Assembly (NCBI GenBank): GCA_964016885.1
Contig: OZ024752.1
Coordinates: 16,926,001-16,990,000, forward strand
Reading direction: 5' to 3'
Length of the DNA: 64,000 bases
DNA from: Eledone cirrhosa
Taxonomy: Eukaryota
The translations under genes were made by a program, and so were the position numbers. Positions 12,992 to 25,129 of this stretch are shown here, in pieces. How positions within the stretch are numbered: position 1 is the stretch's first letter; each line of letters begins with the position of its first letter. The notes under the pieces were generated by a model, which saw only the letters and a list, made by a program, of their open reading frames with translations, was not told where the DNA came from and ran no database searches.

Positions 12992-13050
12992 ATTCCTTTC
13001 AACTAAACTGTATCCATTCAAATCTTTCTATATATATATATATATATATA

Positions 13051-13241
13051 GGAATCAGTAAGACCCCGACGGTTGAGCCCAAGCCGTTTCGACGGCTAAT
13101 TCTGAGTCCAGAATTAGCCGTCGAAACGGCTTGAGCTCAGCCGTCGGGGTCTTACTGGTTCCTATTACCCACTCTACTATCCCAAGTATTGAGTACTTTG
13201 GTGCGTTATGGTCCACCTGGTTCCTTACCACATTTCCTTCG

Positions 13242-13313
<72 letters not shown>

Positions 13314-13420
13314 CGAAGGAAATGTGGTAATGAACCAGGTGGACCATAACGCCCAAAGTACTCAATACTTAGGGTAGTAGAGTGGGTAATAGGAACGAGT
13401 AGCATCCTACTCGTTCCTAT
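13051..13420. mobile_element. Short PLE-end-like repeat in (TA)n with 5' inversion and a second inverted copy; carries the 3' half of an HHR
   Basis: IR 13051-13104/13109-13162; inverted copy 13312-13397; GAAACGGCT..AGCCGTC; relatives at 50940-51060 and 54053-54197. Confidence 0.7.
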
Positions 13421-13432
13421 ATATATATATAT

Positions 13433-13467
<35 letters not shown>

Positions 13468-13507
13468 ATATATTTATTTATATATAAATGTAATCTGAGT
13501 ATTTCGA

Positions 13508-13608
13508 ATATCAATAATAATTGTTTCTACTTTTGGTACAAGGCCAGCAATTACCCAGTGCATTACTGGTACTTTATTTTATCGACCCCGTAAGGATGAA
13601 AGGCAATT
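13508..13608 (-). mobile_element. SINE fragment, same family as 50295-50375 and 46660-46750
   Basis: Shared motif gcctttcatcct.acggggtcga and tail gctggccttgt.cc.aaa..agaaac. Confidence 0.6.
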
Positions 13609-13914
13609 ATGCAAAGAAACGTCATTTTTATAGCCATGTCAGTAGAATGAGCCCCTCATTCTTGCTCTTGTGTTGGCATGTAAACAGAACTGCAGGCACT
13701 AATGTTTCTGGGTATTACCCTTCATCAGTACAGTTCACTGTTCATCTGCCAACTGTCAGAGCTAGTGAAAATATATATTTTCTAAAATATACAGTGACTG
13801 ATCAGCGTGATTTGCATATTAGCAGACTGGCTGATCAGCCAGATTTGCATATCAGCAGACTAGCCAGTCAGTTTCCTGGATACGAGCGATAAATGACCGG
13901 CTTTGTCATATAAA

Positions 13915-13946
<32 letters not shown>

Positions 13947-14009
13947 TATACATATATGCATATATATACATAGACACATACATAAATATATATACATATA
14001 TAGGAAAAG

Positions 14010-14425
14010 AGTCAGGGCCCCTACTGAGCCGCAGGTTTTATGGTGGAGTTATCCCAGTTTCCTGAGTTGTCTTCTAAAAAATGCTCTGACAAAGGCTAGG
14101 GGTCCTTCACTCCCAGTGGTTTAATCGCGCGATTGGGTATCCAGACTGATTATTTCTATGTCCCCGCGCATATATACAAATATGTATACTTGCATATACA
14201 TATATATACATATATACGCATGCATATATGAATATACATATTTACACATTTTAATTTTTGGATGGTCGTTGACTCATATGAGTTCTTCCGCCCTTTGTCA
14301 GGTATTATTTTTTGTCCCGCAGGGTGTAAACTTGGTGGGAGTGCCGTTTTAGTCGCCGACGACCCAATCATGCGACACGTTCTACTGGGTTACATGTTAC
14401 CAGTAGCATGCGAGAGTGACCCGAC
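14010..14425 (-). mobile_element. RTE-like 5' UTR fragment split by a microsatellite
   Basis: Homologous to 46085-46360 and to the RTE 5' region 26745-26815. Confidence 0.55.
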
Positions 14426-14569
14426 ATAGATATACATACATACACACATATATACACATACACACGTAAATACACATATATACCCATATATACACACATA
14501 CACACATATATATATATACACACACACACATATATATATATATGCATACCCACACATACATACATTCAT

Positions 14570-14682
<113 letters not shown>

Positions 14683-14683
14683 C

Positions 14684-15080
14684 AATAAGATTTCGCTTCA
14701 AGCATAGCTTTATACAATATGTATAGAAATTTCGTATTTCGAAAGAAATACGGTTTTAGGAAGCCGTAGCTATGCAAACACCGGGGGGCTAACGCCATCT
14801 GGTGATGTCCAGCAGAAGCAGGGGGGACAACCGACTATGCATTTCAGGCTTAACTGGCATTCGTCAGGACGATCCCTCTCGTGGCTTGCGACTACTGGAC
14901 TAGAAGACAGCCGAGAATATATAGTTTTCTCGCCTGTGTAAATGAGGTGATTAATCTCATTTGCATATGAAGCTGCATAAGTTGGCTAAACTTATAATAG
15001 AAAATAAATAAGATTTCGCTTCAAGCATAGCTTTATACAATATGTATAGAAATTTCGTATTTCGAAAGAAATACGGTTTT
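14684..15080 (-). mobile_element. ~323-bp retrozyme-like HHR repeat unit (1 unit + 74-nt terminal redundancy)
   Basis: 14684-14757 is repeated at 15007-15080; HHR at 14830-14873; same family at 38289-38927. Confidence 0.8.
14830..14873 (-). ncRNA. Minimal hammerhead motif, slightly mutated
   Basis: Reverse complement reads ATCGTC-CTGACGA-ATGC..GCCT-GAAA-TGCA-TA-GTCGGT. Confidence 0.7.
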
Positions 15081-15129
15081 GATATACACACACACATGCA
15101 TACACATATACATATATACAAATGCACAC

Positions 15130-15415
15130 CTACCTACTGGATTAACAAGAAGTCTGAAACCGATTTGACGTCAGTGTGGGAGTAAGTGACTCAGCTGAAG
15201 TTAGCGACCTGCTGGGCTGTACATCCTACACCAACTGTAGAACCTCTTCACAGACCTGACCGGAGGATTATACAGAGATGATGGCCTTTTCGCTTTGCAC
15301 AAGGTAATCCCTAGAACCACTGATGGGTTTCAGAAATACTTCCCTCTACTACCTGTACCACAAACCTAACGAATCCCTTAGATACATAAATGTTAGTTCG
15401 AACCACCCCCAAAAT
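15130..15415 (+). pseudogene. PLE RT fragment
   Basis: Translates to FDVSVG.SDSAEVSDLLG, GGLYRDDGL and YHKPNESLRYINVSSNHP, matching the RT at 21977. Confidence 0.75.
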
Positions 15416-15798
15416 ACATACATACACACATATACACATATATATACACATACACACATATATACACATATCTAACACACATATACACACATACATACAT
15501 ATACACACACATATATATATATACACACACACACACATATATATATACATTTATATAAATATTACATTTATTCATATATATATATATATAGTATTAAGGG
15601 TACTATTTATGGCTATGTATGCAATAAAACCTTTAATGGTAATATATTATATATACACAAACCCTAAATAGTGAGAGATAGTCATTAATTACTATCCTAT
15701 TACCAGTAAGATAAATAGCTCAATGTAATAACATCAGTTGTTTTACAGAGCAGTTATATAGAGATTACAGTAATCAAAGTTCAGTTTAAGTCATTTAT

Positions 15799-15847
15799 TT
15801 GCTTACAATTGTTTCCTCCAAACCGAGGTTTGGATTCTTCGGAGCAA
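15799..15847 (-). ncRNA. pLTR hammerhead of PLE A (sense to the ORF)
   Basis: Reverse complement reads TTGCT-CCGAAGA-..-GAAA-CAATTG-TA-AGCAA. Confidence 0.75.
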
Positions 15848-17374
15848 CTATTTATAACATACTTGACCTCCTTTTCAACCCAAGAGACACATAAAACATA
15901 TGAGCATATTGATCAACAGTGGGGTGACATTCATCAAATGATATAGCATGGCAATTTACATATAAAGGTTACAGGATAAAAATAAAATAAAAACAAGGGT
16001 GAAAATAAGAGTGAAAATAAAGATAAACATGAAGCGTTGGCAGTCTATGAAGATAAAGCAAGAGGAAAGCTTAGAGTAGTCAGTGTATGAAACAGTCTCC
16101 CGTGTAGCATGCACGCGTGTCTTATCTATACATGATTAGAGTGCGTCAGAATGATATTTGCAGGGTCAGGCAGTTGAAGCTGGCAATCGATCTTATTATG
16201 TAGGCTGAATTATTAAGTCATTTATTCTCATACATCTGTATGATATACAGTCTCGGATGCGGGGAAACACCAAAATATCAAAAACCTTCAACATACTATA
16301 AACCTTATTGTATCGTAGGCAAGGCCGTACCACTGTCCTTGCTCACACCACCACTCACATAATCCATGAGACGCAATATATATAGAGAGAACACGCGTCT
16401 ATTGTATAATTCGCGGTGGTTCAGCATATAGTCAAGCTATAAACCGTATCCAGTCGGTTCTTAATTAATATATCATGCTGTCCAGATTCCGGAAGTGCCT
16501 GAATGACTAAGGGGAATTAATGCGTAAGGGGAGGTAACTAGCTAGTTATCTTAGTTACATTACTATGCTAAACTACATTAATGGTGATTCAAATAGGTGC
16601 CTATCCTGTGAAGTTATAACTAATATCTAGAGTATTTATAGGTTAGAGAGTTGTCCATTGAGAAGTACAAGGGTGTATATATTAGGATGATTACTATCCA
16701 TTAATTAAGGGGTGTCATATCTGAACGTTCTATACGAGGAGTCAGACTCTCAAGTCACTGCTCCATGCAAATGTAATATAACAGTAAGACCTGGTATGGT
16801 CCCACTATTATATATGCCACCCGGTAGGCTCCGGGCCATTGCATGCCTGCATCTCCAGTAAATCTTCGGTATGGTCCGGAGATCCAATCTCTCATATAAA
16901 TGCACTAGTCTGGCCATCAAGCAATAGACAACCCCCGTCTCAAATATAAATCAATTATGTATCACATCTACAAGCTAGAGTGGAGTCTATTAATAGGTAC
17001 TAAAGGAGTTCACATCAAGATGATTACGTGCATAATTCATTGAACTGATCACTTACAGTATATAATCACTTAACAATACGATTATCTATCTAATCATCAA
17101 TCTATCTCTTGGTGGTAGTCCATGCACAGGACTATGCTATCGCAACCAGTACCGTGTCCCTAATTTATACTAATCTTATATTTGTGCAATGCAGAATAAG
17201 TAGTCCACGGTCGAGATATCAGTATTAGAGGTACAAGGGGGTATTCCCAGGGTAGGTGGTACTAAGATGCTGTCAGTATTATCTTTAGAGTATAGAGATG
17301 GGTGTGGATGTGAGGTGTAAGGTGTGCTACTGATGTTAATTGCTAGGGGTGGTGCCGGTTCCAGTCTGACATTA

Positions 17375-18802
17375 TTATATATAGGGTTTAAAGTTTTGGA
17401 ACGAGTGTCGGAAGCGGTGTTGGCAATTTGCGAACACTTCTGATTTTTTATTAAGGAGATTATGATTAGAGAAGATGATAGTATGGGTCTCTAGTAGACA
17501 GAGGTTACAAAATTTATCAGGTGGTTTGTACGATGTTGCACTACCTACCACTTCCCATTTAAGTGTATATATTTTATTTTTAGTTTTTAGATAGTGTATG
17601 TAGCTAGATAGTGAAGTGGAGTTGGCTAGACTGTGTTTTTTGAAAGAGTGGAGGTGCGAATTGTATCTAGTTTTGAAGCAGTTAGAAGTGGAGCCTATGT
17701 AGGTTTCAGAAGAGCTGTTAGTTGTGACTGTGCATGAGTATATGATATCCTTGGTTAAGCATTTTTTATCTAAAGGGCAGGTTCCACTTGATCTACAGTT
17801 ACAATTACTCTGGGTGCTAGTCTGCCGGTTACTATGCTGTGTAGAAGTTTGGATGTTAGCTATAGGGTTATGGTTATGCGGGTTGTGGTACGCAGCGTTA
17901 ATGTTTACACTAGTGCTATTACTATTATTTCCATTGATATTACGGTTATTTGTTATAATGTTACTTTGACTGTTATTTTGAATGTTATTTTGAAGGTTTA
18001 TTGACCGTTGTGATTTAGTTTGTTGGAAGTAAGAATTAATTTTTCTTTTATTTGTACTAGCTATGTGGTATGCTAAGTTAGGCGTAGTAGAGTATGAGAT
18101 CTTAATAGTGTTTTTGTTTAAAAGGCCGTGGTACCTGTGGCCGGATGGGAAGTGTTTATCTAGTAGTGAGAAGAAAGCCATAGGAAGGTTGGTAGAGACG
18201 TTTAAATTGAAAGGAGGGTTGAAAAATGTATTATTTCTTCTTCTATTTCTGTTTTTTATGTCTGGTGATTTGTTTCCTTTAATTTTCCTATGGTCATTTC
18301 TGTGGTGCGGGTTACTCTTGTTGATACAATCCCTATTAGTGTGTGTGCGGTTGCTATTCCTATTATTAAATTTTCCCATGGACATGTTGTGTGAGATGAT
18401 GTTGTAGCTATGTGTTTTTGTAGGTAGGAACTCTATCCCTGTATTATGGCCTGATCTAGCTAATGCCTGATTATAATACTGCGAGTTATTGTTAAATGTG
18501 TTTATGTCATATGATAGATTAGAGATTCTATTAGATACTCCCTTAGAGATAGAGTTCAATATAGATTTAGGGTGGTTAGACTTGGTATCTACGTAGATGA
18601 GTTTTTCATTAGGTTTGTGGAAAGGTGCATATATTATTGAGTCTAAGTAGAGTGTGGCGTCTAGGAAGTTGACGTTTTTGGTGTTTTTGTCCATGGTAAT
18701 ACTAAGGTTAAAGTTTTTGAATGTTTTGTGCAATAGTTTTCTAGTCCTTTCTATATTGAATTTTTTATAGTCTATAAGTAGAAGTGCATCGTCGCGATAC
18801 AA
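17375..18802 (-). CDS. PLE RT C-terminal half + GIY-YIG endonuclease (5'-truncated)
   Basis: YRDD, NFLD, SNHP, CNCR..CPL..C, IIY..YIG, CNLC..E. Confidence 0.88.
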   Translation of the reverse strand: MYRDDALLLIDYKKFNIERTRKLLHKTFKNFNLSITMDKNTKNVNFLDATLYLDSIIYAPFHKPNEKLIYVDTKSNHPKSILNSISKGVSNRISNLSYDINTFNNNSQYYNQALARSGHNTGIEFLPTKTHSYNIISHNMSMGKFNNRNSNRTHTNRDCINKSNPHHRNDHRKIKGNKSPDIKNRNRRRNNTFFNPPFNLNVSTNLPMAFFSLLDKHFPSGHRYHGLLNKNTIKISYSTTPNLAYHIASTNKRKINSYFQQTKSQRSINLQNNIQNNSQSNIITNNRNINGNNSNSTSVNINAAYHNPHNHNPIANIQTSTQHSNRQTSTQSNCNCRSSGTCPLDKKCLTKDIIYSCTVTTNSSSETYIGSTSNCFKTRYNSHLHSFKKHSLANSTSLSSYIHYLKTKNKIYTLKWEVVGSATSYKPPDKFCNLCLLETHTIIFSNHNLLNKKSEVFANCQHRFRHSFQNFKPYI

Positions 18803-19403
18803 ACCACCGCTGAGGTACGGAAGTTCCCTGTGGATTAGATTAAGTAAGTATAGGCCATGTGTTCTCTATATATATATTGCGTCTCATGGATTATGTGAGT
18901 GGTGGTGTGAGCAAGGACAGTGGTACGGCCTTGCCTACGATACAATAAGGTTTATAGTATGTTGAAGGTTTGATATTTTGGTGTTTCCCCGCATCCGAGA
19001 CTGTATATCATACAGATGTATGAGAATAAATGACTTAATAATTCAGCCTACATAATAAGATCGATTGCCAGCTTCAACTGCCTGACCCTGCAAATATCAT
19101 TCTGACGCACTCTAATCATGTATAGATAAGACACGCGTGCATGCTACACGGGGGACTGTTTCATACACTGACTACTCTAAGCTTTCCTCTTGCTTTATCT
19201 TCATAGACTGCCAACGCTTCATGTTTATCTTTATTTTCACTCTTATTTTCACCCTTGTTTTTATTTTATTTTTATCCTGTAACCTTTATATGTAAATTGC
19301 CATGCTATATCATTTGATGAATGTCACCCCACTGTTGATCAATATGCGCATATGTTTTATGTGTCTCTTGGGTTGAAAAGGAGGTCAAGTATGTTATAAA
19401 TAG

Positions 19404-19452
19404 TTGCTCCGAAGAATCCAAACCTCGGTTTGGAGGAAACAATTGTAAGCAA
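19404..19452 (+). ncRNA. Hammerhead in the inverted pLTR of PLE A
   Basis: TTGCT-CCGAAGA-ATCCAAACCTCGGTTTGGAG-GAAA-CAATTG-TA-AGCAA. Confidence 0.75.
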
Positions 19453-19483
19453 ATAAATGACTTAAACTGAACTTTGATTACTG

Positions 19484-19624
<141 letters not shown>

Positions 19625-20119
19625 TATATATATATATATACATACCCACACATATATACATTCATATTCACACACACACACGCACACACACACACACACA
19701 TACACACACACACATACATATATATATATGTATATACATACATGCATACACATATACATATGCCCACCCACTACACATACATACATGCATACATACATAC
19801 ATATACAAACTTATACACACATACTTATATGTATATACATACATAAATCAACCACATACTCAACCATATATACATATACATACACAGACACACACATATA
19901 TATACACATATGCATACATATATATACATATATATACATATGTATACACTCACACATACACACACACATATATATACATACACACACACATACACACATA
20001 TACACACATATATACATGTATACATATATATATATATACACATATATATACACGCAAAAGCATACATACAAAGACGTACATACATGCATACACACACATA
20101 TATACACACACATACAAGC

Positions 20120-20870
20120 ACGTTATACATTTGAGCTTGAAAGGGGTGGAGTTGCTCTTGAGGTCCCAGACATAGGAGGCGAGTGTGGTTTGATTGGATT
20201 TGTCTTGTGAAGGATTTGTCTTCTGAAGGAGAGGTTTTGGCCATACCACTGGGTCTTAAAATTGTTGGATGTCATTCCGATATATGGTTTTTTGTTGTTG
20301 TCATCAATGCCTGAGACATCACATTTATATATGATGACGTTAGTCAGGCATTTATTTTCAAGTGGACATGTTTCCTTATTGTGGCAGTTGCACAAGGCAC
20401 CCGTCTAGCGGTGAGTTTCGAATCCCTTAGATACATAGATGTTAGTTCTAACTACCCCCCAAAAATATTACAGATAATTTAGTTAAAAGTGTTTCACTTA
20501 GAATTTCCGGTCTCTCAGCCCATGAAGACATCTTTAGTGCCTCTGCCCCTTATTACAACGATACCCTTGCCCACAGTGGCTTTAAAGAAAGGATTACTTA
20601 CAAGAAAACACCACAAGACCCCATAGGAGAAATAGGCATAGGCAAATTAGTTGGTGCAAGCCTCCCGATTCAACCGAGAGGTTTCTACACCTATAGCTAG
20701 GACTTTCTTCAAATTGCTGAATATACACACTTCCCCACACAACATAGGTACTACACTATCTTTAATAGGAATACAATAAGACTCTCCTACTCCACTACAC
20801 CTAACCTAGCTAGGAATATAGCCAATCTCAACACTGCTAAATTAAATAAGCCTACTACCTCTGAAACCCA
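20120..20870. pseudogene. Rearranged PLE fragments (GIY-YIG on minus 20123-20395; RT-thumb on plus 20420-20870)
   Basis: CNCHNKETCPLENKCL..IIY..PYIG; ESLRYIDVSSN; FNRNTIRLSYSTTPNLA. Confidence 0.75.
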
Positions 20871-20904
<34 letters not shown>

Positions 20905-21010
20905 ATAAAAATAAAATTGAAGACTAAAATCCAAAGAGGGCTCGATAAGGAAAATATATATCAAATATATAAGAACCGTAGAGCAAATATTTATTAAAAT
21001 AACAGATTAA

Positions 21011-21061
21011 AGTTTAAGCAAAGAATCGCTGCTTTCACCCTTAACGGGATCTTCTGAAACT
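21011..21061 (-). ncRNA. Hammerhead in the inverted pLTR of PLE B
   Basis: Mirror of 24706-24756. Confidence 0.68.
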
Positions 21062-21976
21062 AACAAAGTCAATCTGTAAACGCAGAACTGTATATTTCAA
21101 AAAACGTTGCAACCGGAGGAAGACAGGAAGACGATACTTTGGTTCGTGGAAACGTTCGCTGGCAAAGAACGGGAAAAAAACGAATAATACGTCATTAATA
21201 GGAGCGGTGAAAAACAATTACGCGCAAAGACAGAACCACGTTTATGGTATAAAGGAGGTCGTAGACTAATGTTCTCTTAGGTGGTGCATAGAGACGTTCT
21301 CTGGCAATGAACGAAAAAACGAAGATAATAAGTCATATGTGGAGCGTGGAGAACAATAGCACGCAAAGACAAAACCACGTAAATGGTACAGCAGAAGTCG
21401 TAGACTAAAATTCTAACTAGGAGACCAAATGAATCTCCGCTACAGAGTTAAGAACAAAGTAAATAAAAACAATACAGAAGTAATAGAAACAAATAAATAC
21501 ATACACGCAAACAGATACGTACATACACAAGCATACGCAAAACCTTACCAAGGTATACAAAACCACGCACATATAAATATGTGTGTGTGTGTATGCTTGT
21601 GTACAAATAAATAAATAATTATATAAACGTATATAAGTAAATAAATACGTATATAACAAGCGCACACACATACCTACATATAAATACACGAATGTTCGGA
21701 GACGTAAGTCAACTAAAACAAGAAGTACACATATACACACACCCACCATACGTACGAACCTGCATACTCACGCAGACGCAAAACTCCCGTATACACATAG
21801 CCAAACCCTAAATACCAGAATATGTAAAAATTATACGCCATAACAGTCAAATATACGTACGAGAAGGTATACTTACCTTCACAAAACATACGGGTAATAT
21901 ATACTTACCTATGCAAATAAGTAAAGGAATAAACAAAACATAGAATAGAATTCGTTCTATTAAGTATTCTAACGCC

Positions 21977-23779
21977 GTGCACGTCCATTCCGACAAAACT
22001 GGCAACCTATATCAAGTGGAGCGCAGTACTTACCATCAACTACTACATAATGCTGTAACTAAGGATTACCGTAAAACTAATCGGTGCGTCATCAATGAAA
22101 TCAACGATGCTGGGTTTAAAATCACATCTGATCTCAACATCCTGGACCGGACCGAACCTCTGGACCCTATCTCTCCCCACTTTACCCTGAAGGATCACAA
22201 ATCCAATTTTCCGAACAACCCCTCTATTCGGCTTATTAACCCTACGAAGTCCGATTTAGGTAGACTTAGTAAAACGATTCTTGATAGAATTATACCTGAA
22301 ATTAGAAGTTTGTCCCCTCTCGCACTGTGGAACAATTCTTTCGCGGTGATTGATTGGTTCAACGGCATATGTAACAAGGAACATTGCCGTTTTATCCAAT
22401 TCGACATCAACAATTACTACTCCTCCATCACTTTACCACTTCTCCTTAGAGCTATCAATTTCGCTAAAACACTCACAGTGGTTAAGGATTTCGAAGTTGA
22501 TGTCATCCTTAATGCCCGAAAGTCGGTGATTAATTTCGACGACTCTATTTGGATTAAAAAATCCAATAGTACCCCATTCGACGGGAGTATGGGCGCCAGT
22601 GACTCTGCGGAGGTTACTGATCTTATTGGCCTTTTCCTTCTTTTCTCTATCAAGGACGAATTCCCCAACGCGGGCGGTGGTTTGTACCGTGACGATGGTC
22701 TTTTGACCATGACTAAGTGCGGACCTCGTGCTTGCGACAGGTTCAGAAAAGAACTCACAGCCTTCTTTAAAGGCTTCAACCTCTCTATACAGGTTGAGGC
22801 CAATCTCTCGGTCGTTAATTACCTCGACGTTACCCTCAATTTATTGAATGGGTTGTATTACCCGTATAGAAAGCCGAATGATACGCTTAATTACATAAGT
22901 AGGCATTCCAACCATCCTGCCAGCATAACCAAGAACCTGGTAAGAAACGTTTCGTTGAGGCTTTCCCGTCTTTCCACCAACGAGCGCATTTTCAACGACC
23001 ATTCCACTTATTACAATGAAGCTCTTGCTCGAAGTGGATTTGTCGATAAGGTAGTATATACAGAGTACGAGAATAGACCTAGAAGAAATAGATTCCGTCG
23101 CATTTGTTGGTTTAACCCACCATATAATATGGAGGTGGCCACACCATTAGCTAAGATCTTTCTTTCCCCTATTACGAAGCATTTTCCTCCTACACATAAA
23201 TATAGTAAAATTTTTAATAGAAATACTATTAAAATTTCTTACTCTACGACTCCTAACCTTGCACATAACATCACAGCTTCAAATTTAGCAAAACTACCTA
23301 GCCGTAGGAACACGTGCAACCCTGTAGTTAGTACTAACTGTAATTGTAGGAATCGGGCTGATTGCCCCCTATCCGGGAAATGCCTCTCTAGTAACATTGT
23401 CTACAAATGTAAGGTTGTAACACCCACGTCCCGTAGGGCTTACATAGGGTTAACCGCCAATAGTTTCAAGCAGCGTCTTTACATGCATACCCATTCTTTT
23501 CGTTACCCTCTAAGAAGGAATATGACGTCACTTTCAGCTTATATCTGGAGTCTAAAAGACAACCACACCCAATATAAGTTACACTGGGAGATCCTAGCTA
23601 GGGCTAGATCGTATAACGGAAATAAAAGACCACGTGACCTCTGCGCCGCTGAGGCCCTGGAAATACTCTACGCCACAGACCACATCTTAAACAAAAAATC
23701 TGAGGCAATTTCGGCTTGTAAACATAAATTGCACAAAACTTTCCTGTATTACAGCCCCACGTTATACCCTAACGGATAG
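21977..23779 (+). CDS. PLE reverse transcriptase + GIY-YIG (5'-truncated, uninterrupted 600 aa; Naiad-like motifs)
   Basis: LKDHK, RLINPTKS, QFDI..YY, MG..DSAE, GLYRDDGL, SNHP, CNCR..CPL.GKC, IVY..AYIG. Confidence 0.92.
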   Translation: MHVHSDKTGNLYQVERSTYHQLLHNAVTKDYRKTNRCVINEINDAGFKITSDLNILDRTEPLDPISPHFTLKDHKSNFPNNPSIRLINPTKSDLGRLSKTILDRIIPEIRSLSPLALWNNSFAVIDWFNGICNKEHCRFIQFDINNYYSSITLPLLLRAINFAKTLTVVKDFEVDVILNARKSVINFDDSIWIKKSNSTPFDGSMGASDSAEVTDLIGLFLLFSIKDEFPNAGGGLYRDDGLLTMTKCGPRACDRFRKELTAFFKGFNLSIQVEANLSVVNYLDVTLNLLNGLYYPYRKPNDTLNYISRHSNHPASITKNLVRNVSLRLSRLSTNERIFNDHSTYYNEALARSGFVDKVVYTEYENRPRRNRFRRICWFNPPYNMEVATPLAKIFLSPITKHFPPTHKYSKIFNRNTIKISYSTTPNLAHNITASNLAKLPSRRNTCNPVVSTNCNCRNRADCPLSGKCLSSNIVYKCKVVTPTSRRAYIGLTANSFKQRLYMHTHSFRYPLRRNMTSLSAYIWSLKDNHTQYKLHWEILARARSYNGNKRPRDLCAAEALEILYATDHILNKKSEAISACKHKLHKTFLYYSPTLYPNG

Positions 23780-24705
23780 CACGATCTATACGTGGATATT
23801 TTACGTCTTGATGTGGGAGCTAAGTATGTTTTGTTTATTCCTTTACTTATTTGCATAGGTAAGTATATATTACCCGTATGTTTTGTGAAGGTAAGTATAC
23901 CTTCTCGTACGTATATTTGACTGTTATGGCGTATAATTTTTACATATTCTGGTATTTAGGGTTTGGCTGTGTGTATACGGGAGTTTTGCGTCTGCGTGAG
24001 TATGCAGGTTCGTACGTATGGTGGGTGTGTGTATATGTGTACTTCTTGTTTTAGTTGACTTACGTCTCCGAACATTCGTGTATTTATATGTAGGTATGTG
24101 TGTGCGCTTGTTATATACGTATTTATTTACTTATATACATTTATATAATTATTTATTTATTTGTACACAAGCATACACAAACACACATATTTATATGTGC
24201 GTGGTTTTGTATACCTTGGTAAGGTTTTGCGTATGCTTGTGTATGTACGTATCTGTTTGCGTGTATGTATTTATTTGTTTCTATTACTTCTGTATTGTTT
24301 TTATTTACTTTGTTCTTAACTCTGTAGCGGAGATTCATTTGGTCTCCTAGTTAGAATTTTAGTCTACGACTTCTGCTGTACCATTTACGTGGTTTTGTCT
24401 TTGCGTGCTATTGTTCTCCACGCTCCACATATGACTTATTATCTTCGTTTTTTCGTTCATTGCCAGAGAACGTCTCTATGCACCACCTAAGAGAACATTA
24501 GTCTACGACCTCCTTTATACCATAAACGTGGTTCTGTCTTTGCGCGTAATTGTTTTTCACCGCTCCTATTAATGACGTATTATTCGTTTTTTTCCCGTTC
24601 TTTGCCAGCGAACGTTTCCACGAACCAAAGTATCGTCTTCCTGTCTTCCTCCGGTTGCAACGTTTTTTGAAATATACAGTTCTGCGTTTACAGATTGACT
24701 TTGTT

Positions 24706-24756
24706 AGTTTCAGAAGATCCCGTTAAGGGTGAAAGCAGCGATTCTTTGCTTAAACT
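24706..24756 (+). ncRNA. pLTR hammerhead of PLE B, A4 core variant
   Basis: AGTTT-CAGAAGA-TCCCGTTAAGGGT-GAAA-GCA..TGC-TT-AAACT. Confidence 0.7.
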
Positions 24757-24806
24757 TTAATCTGTTATTTTAATAAATATATATATATATATATATATAT
24801 ATTTTA

Positions 24807-24909
<103 letters not shown>

Positions 24910-24974
24910 GAAAAAAGATGAAATCGAAAATGCAACTGGAGTCTTTTTTTTATAAAAAATATATATTTATTTGG

Positions 24975-25018
24975 TTCCTTTACCGGTTTCGCAGTTCTTC
25001 TGCTTTTCAAAAGTAGAA
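24975..25018 (-). ncRNA. Minimal hammerhead, U3-A8 variant
   Basis: Reverse complement reads CTT-TTGAAAA-GCAG.AAGAA.CTGC-GAAA-CCGG-TA-AAG. Confidence 0.7.
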
Positions 25019-25129
25019 TTGAAATGGAGGGTTTGTGGTTTTTCTCACCTGGTTGGTGTTTGAATGTTACTTTTGTTTTATATGGAAAAAAGTGGCTCGA
25101 AATGCTACACATGTGCCAGTATATATAAT

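Larger units (their letters stand above)
12689..13031. mobile_element. Foldback element (arms 12689-12857 / 12863-13031, 5-nt spacer), HHR in each arm
   Basis: Near-perfect palindrome next to (TA)n. Confidence 0.85.
20901..24782 (+). mobile_element. Penelope-like element B with ~950-bp inverted pLTRs (20985-21942 / 23825-24782)
   Basis: Near-identical inverted arms around the RT-GIY-YIG ORF; (TA)n on both flanks. Confidence 0.93.

Noticed and set aside
21977-23779. Selenocysteine recoding, as reported for some Naiad PLEs
   Set aside because: No in-frame TGA is seen in the PLE ORFs at 17375-18802 or 21977-23779.
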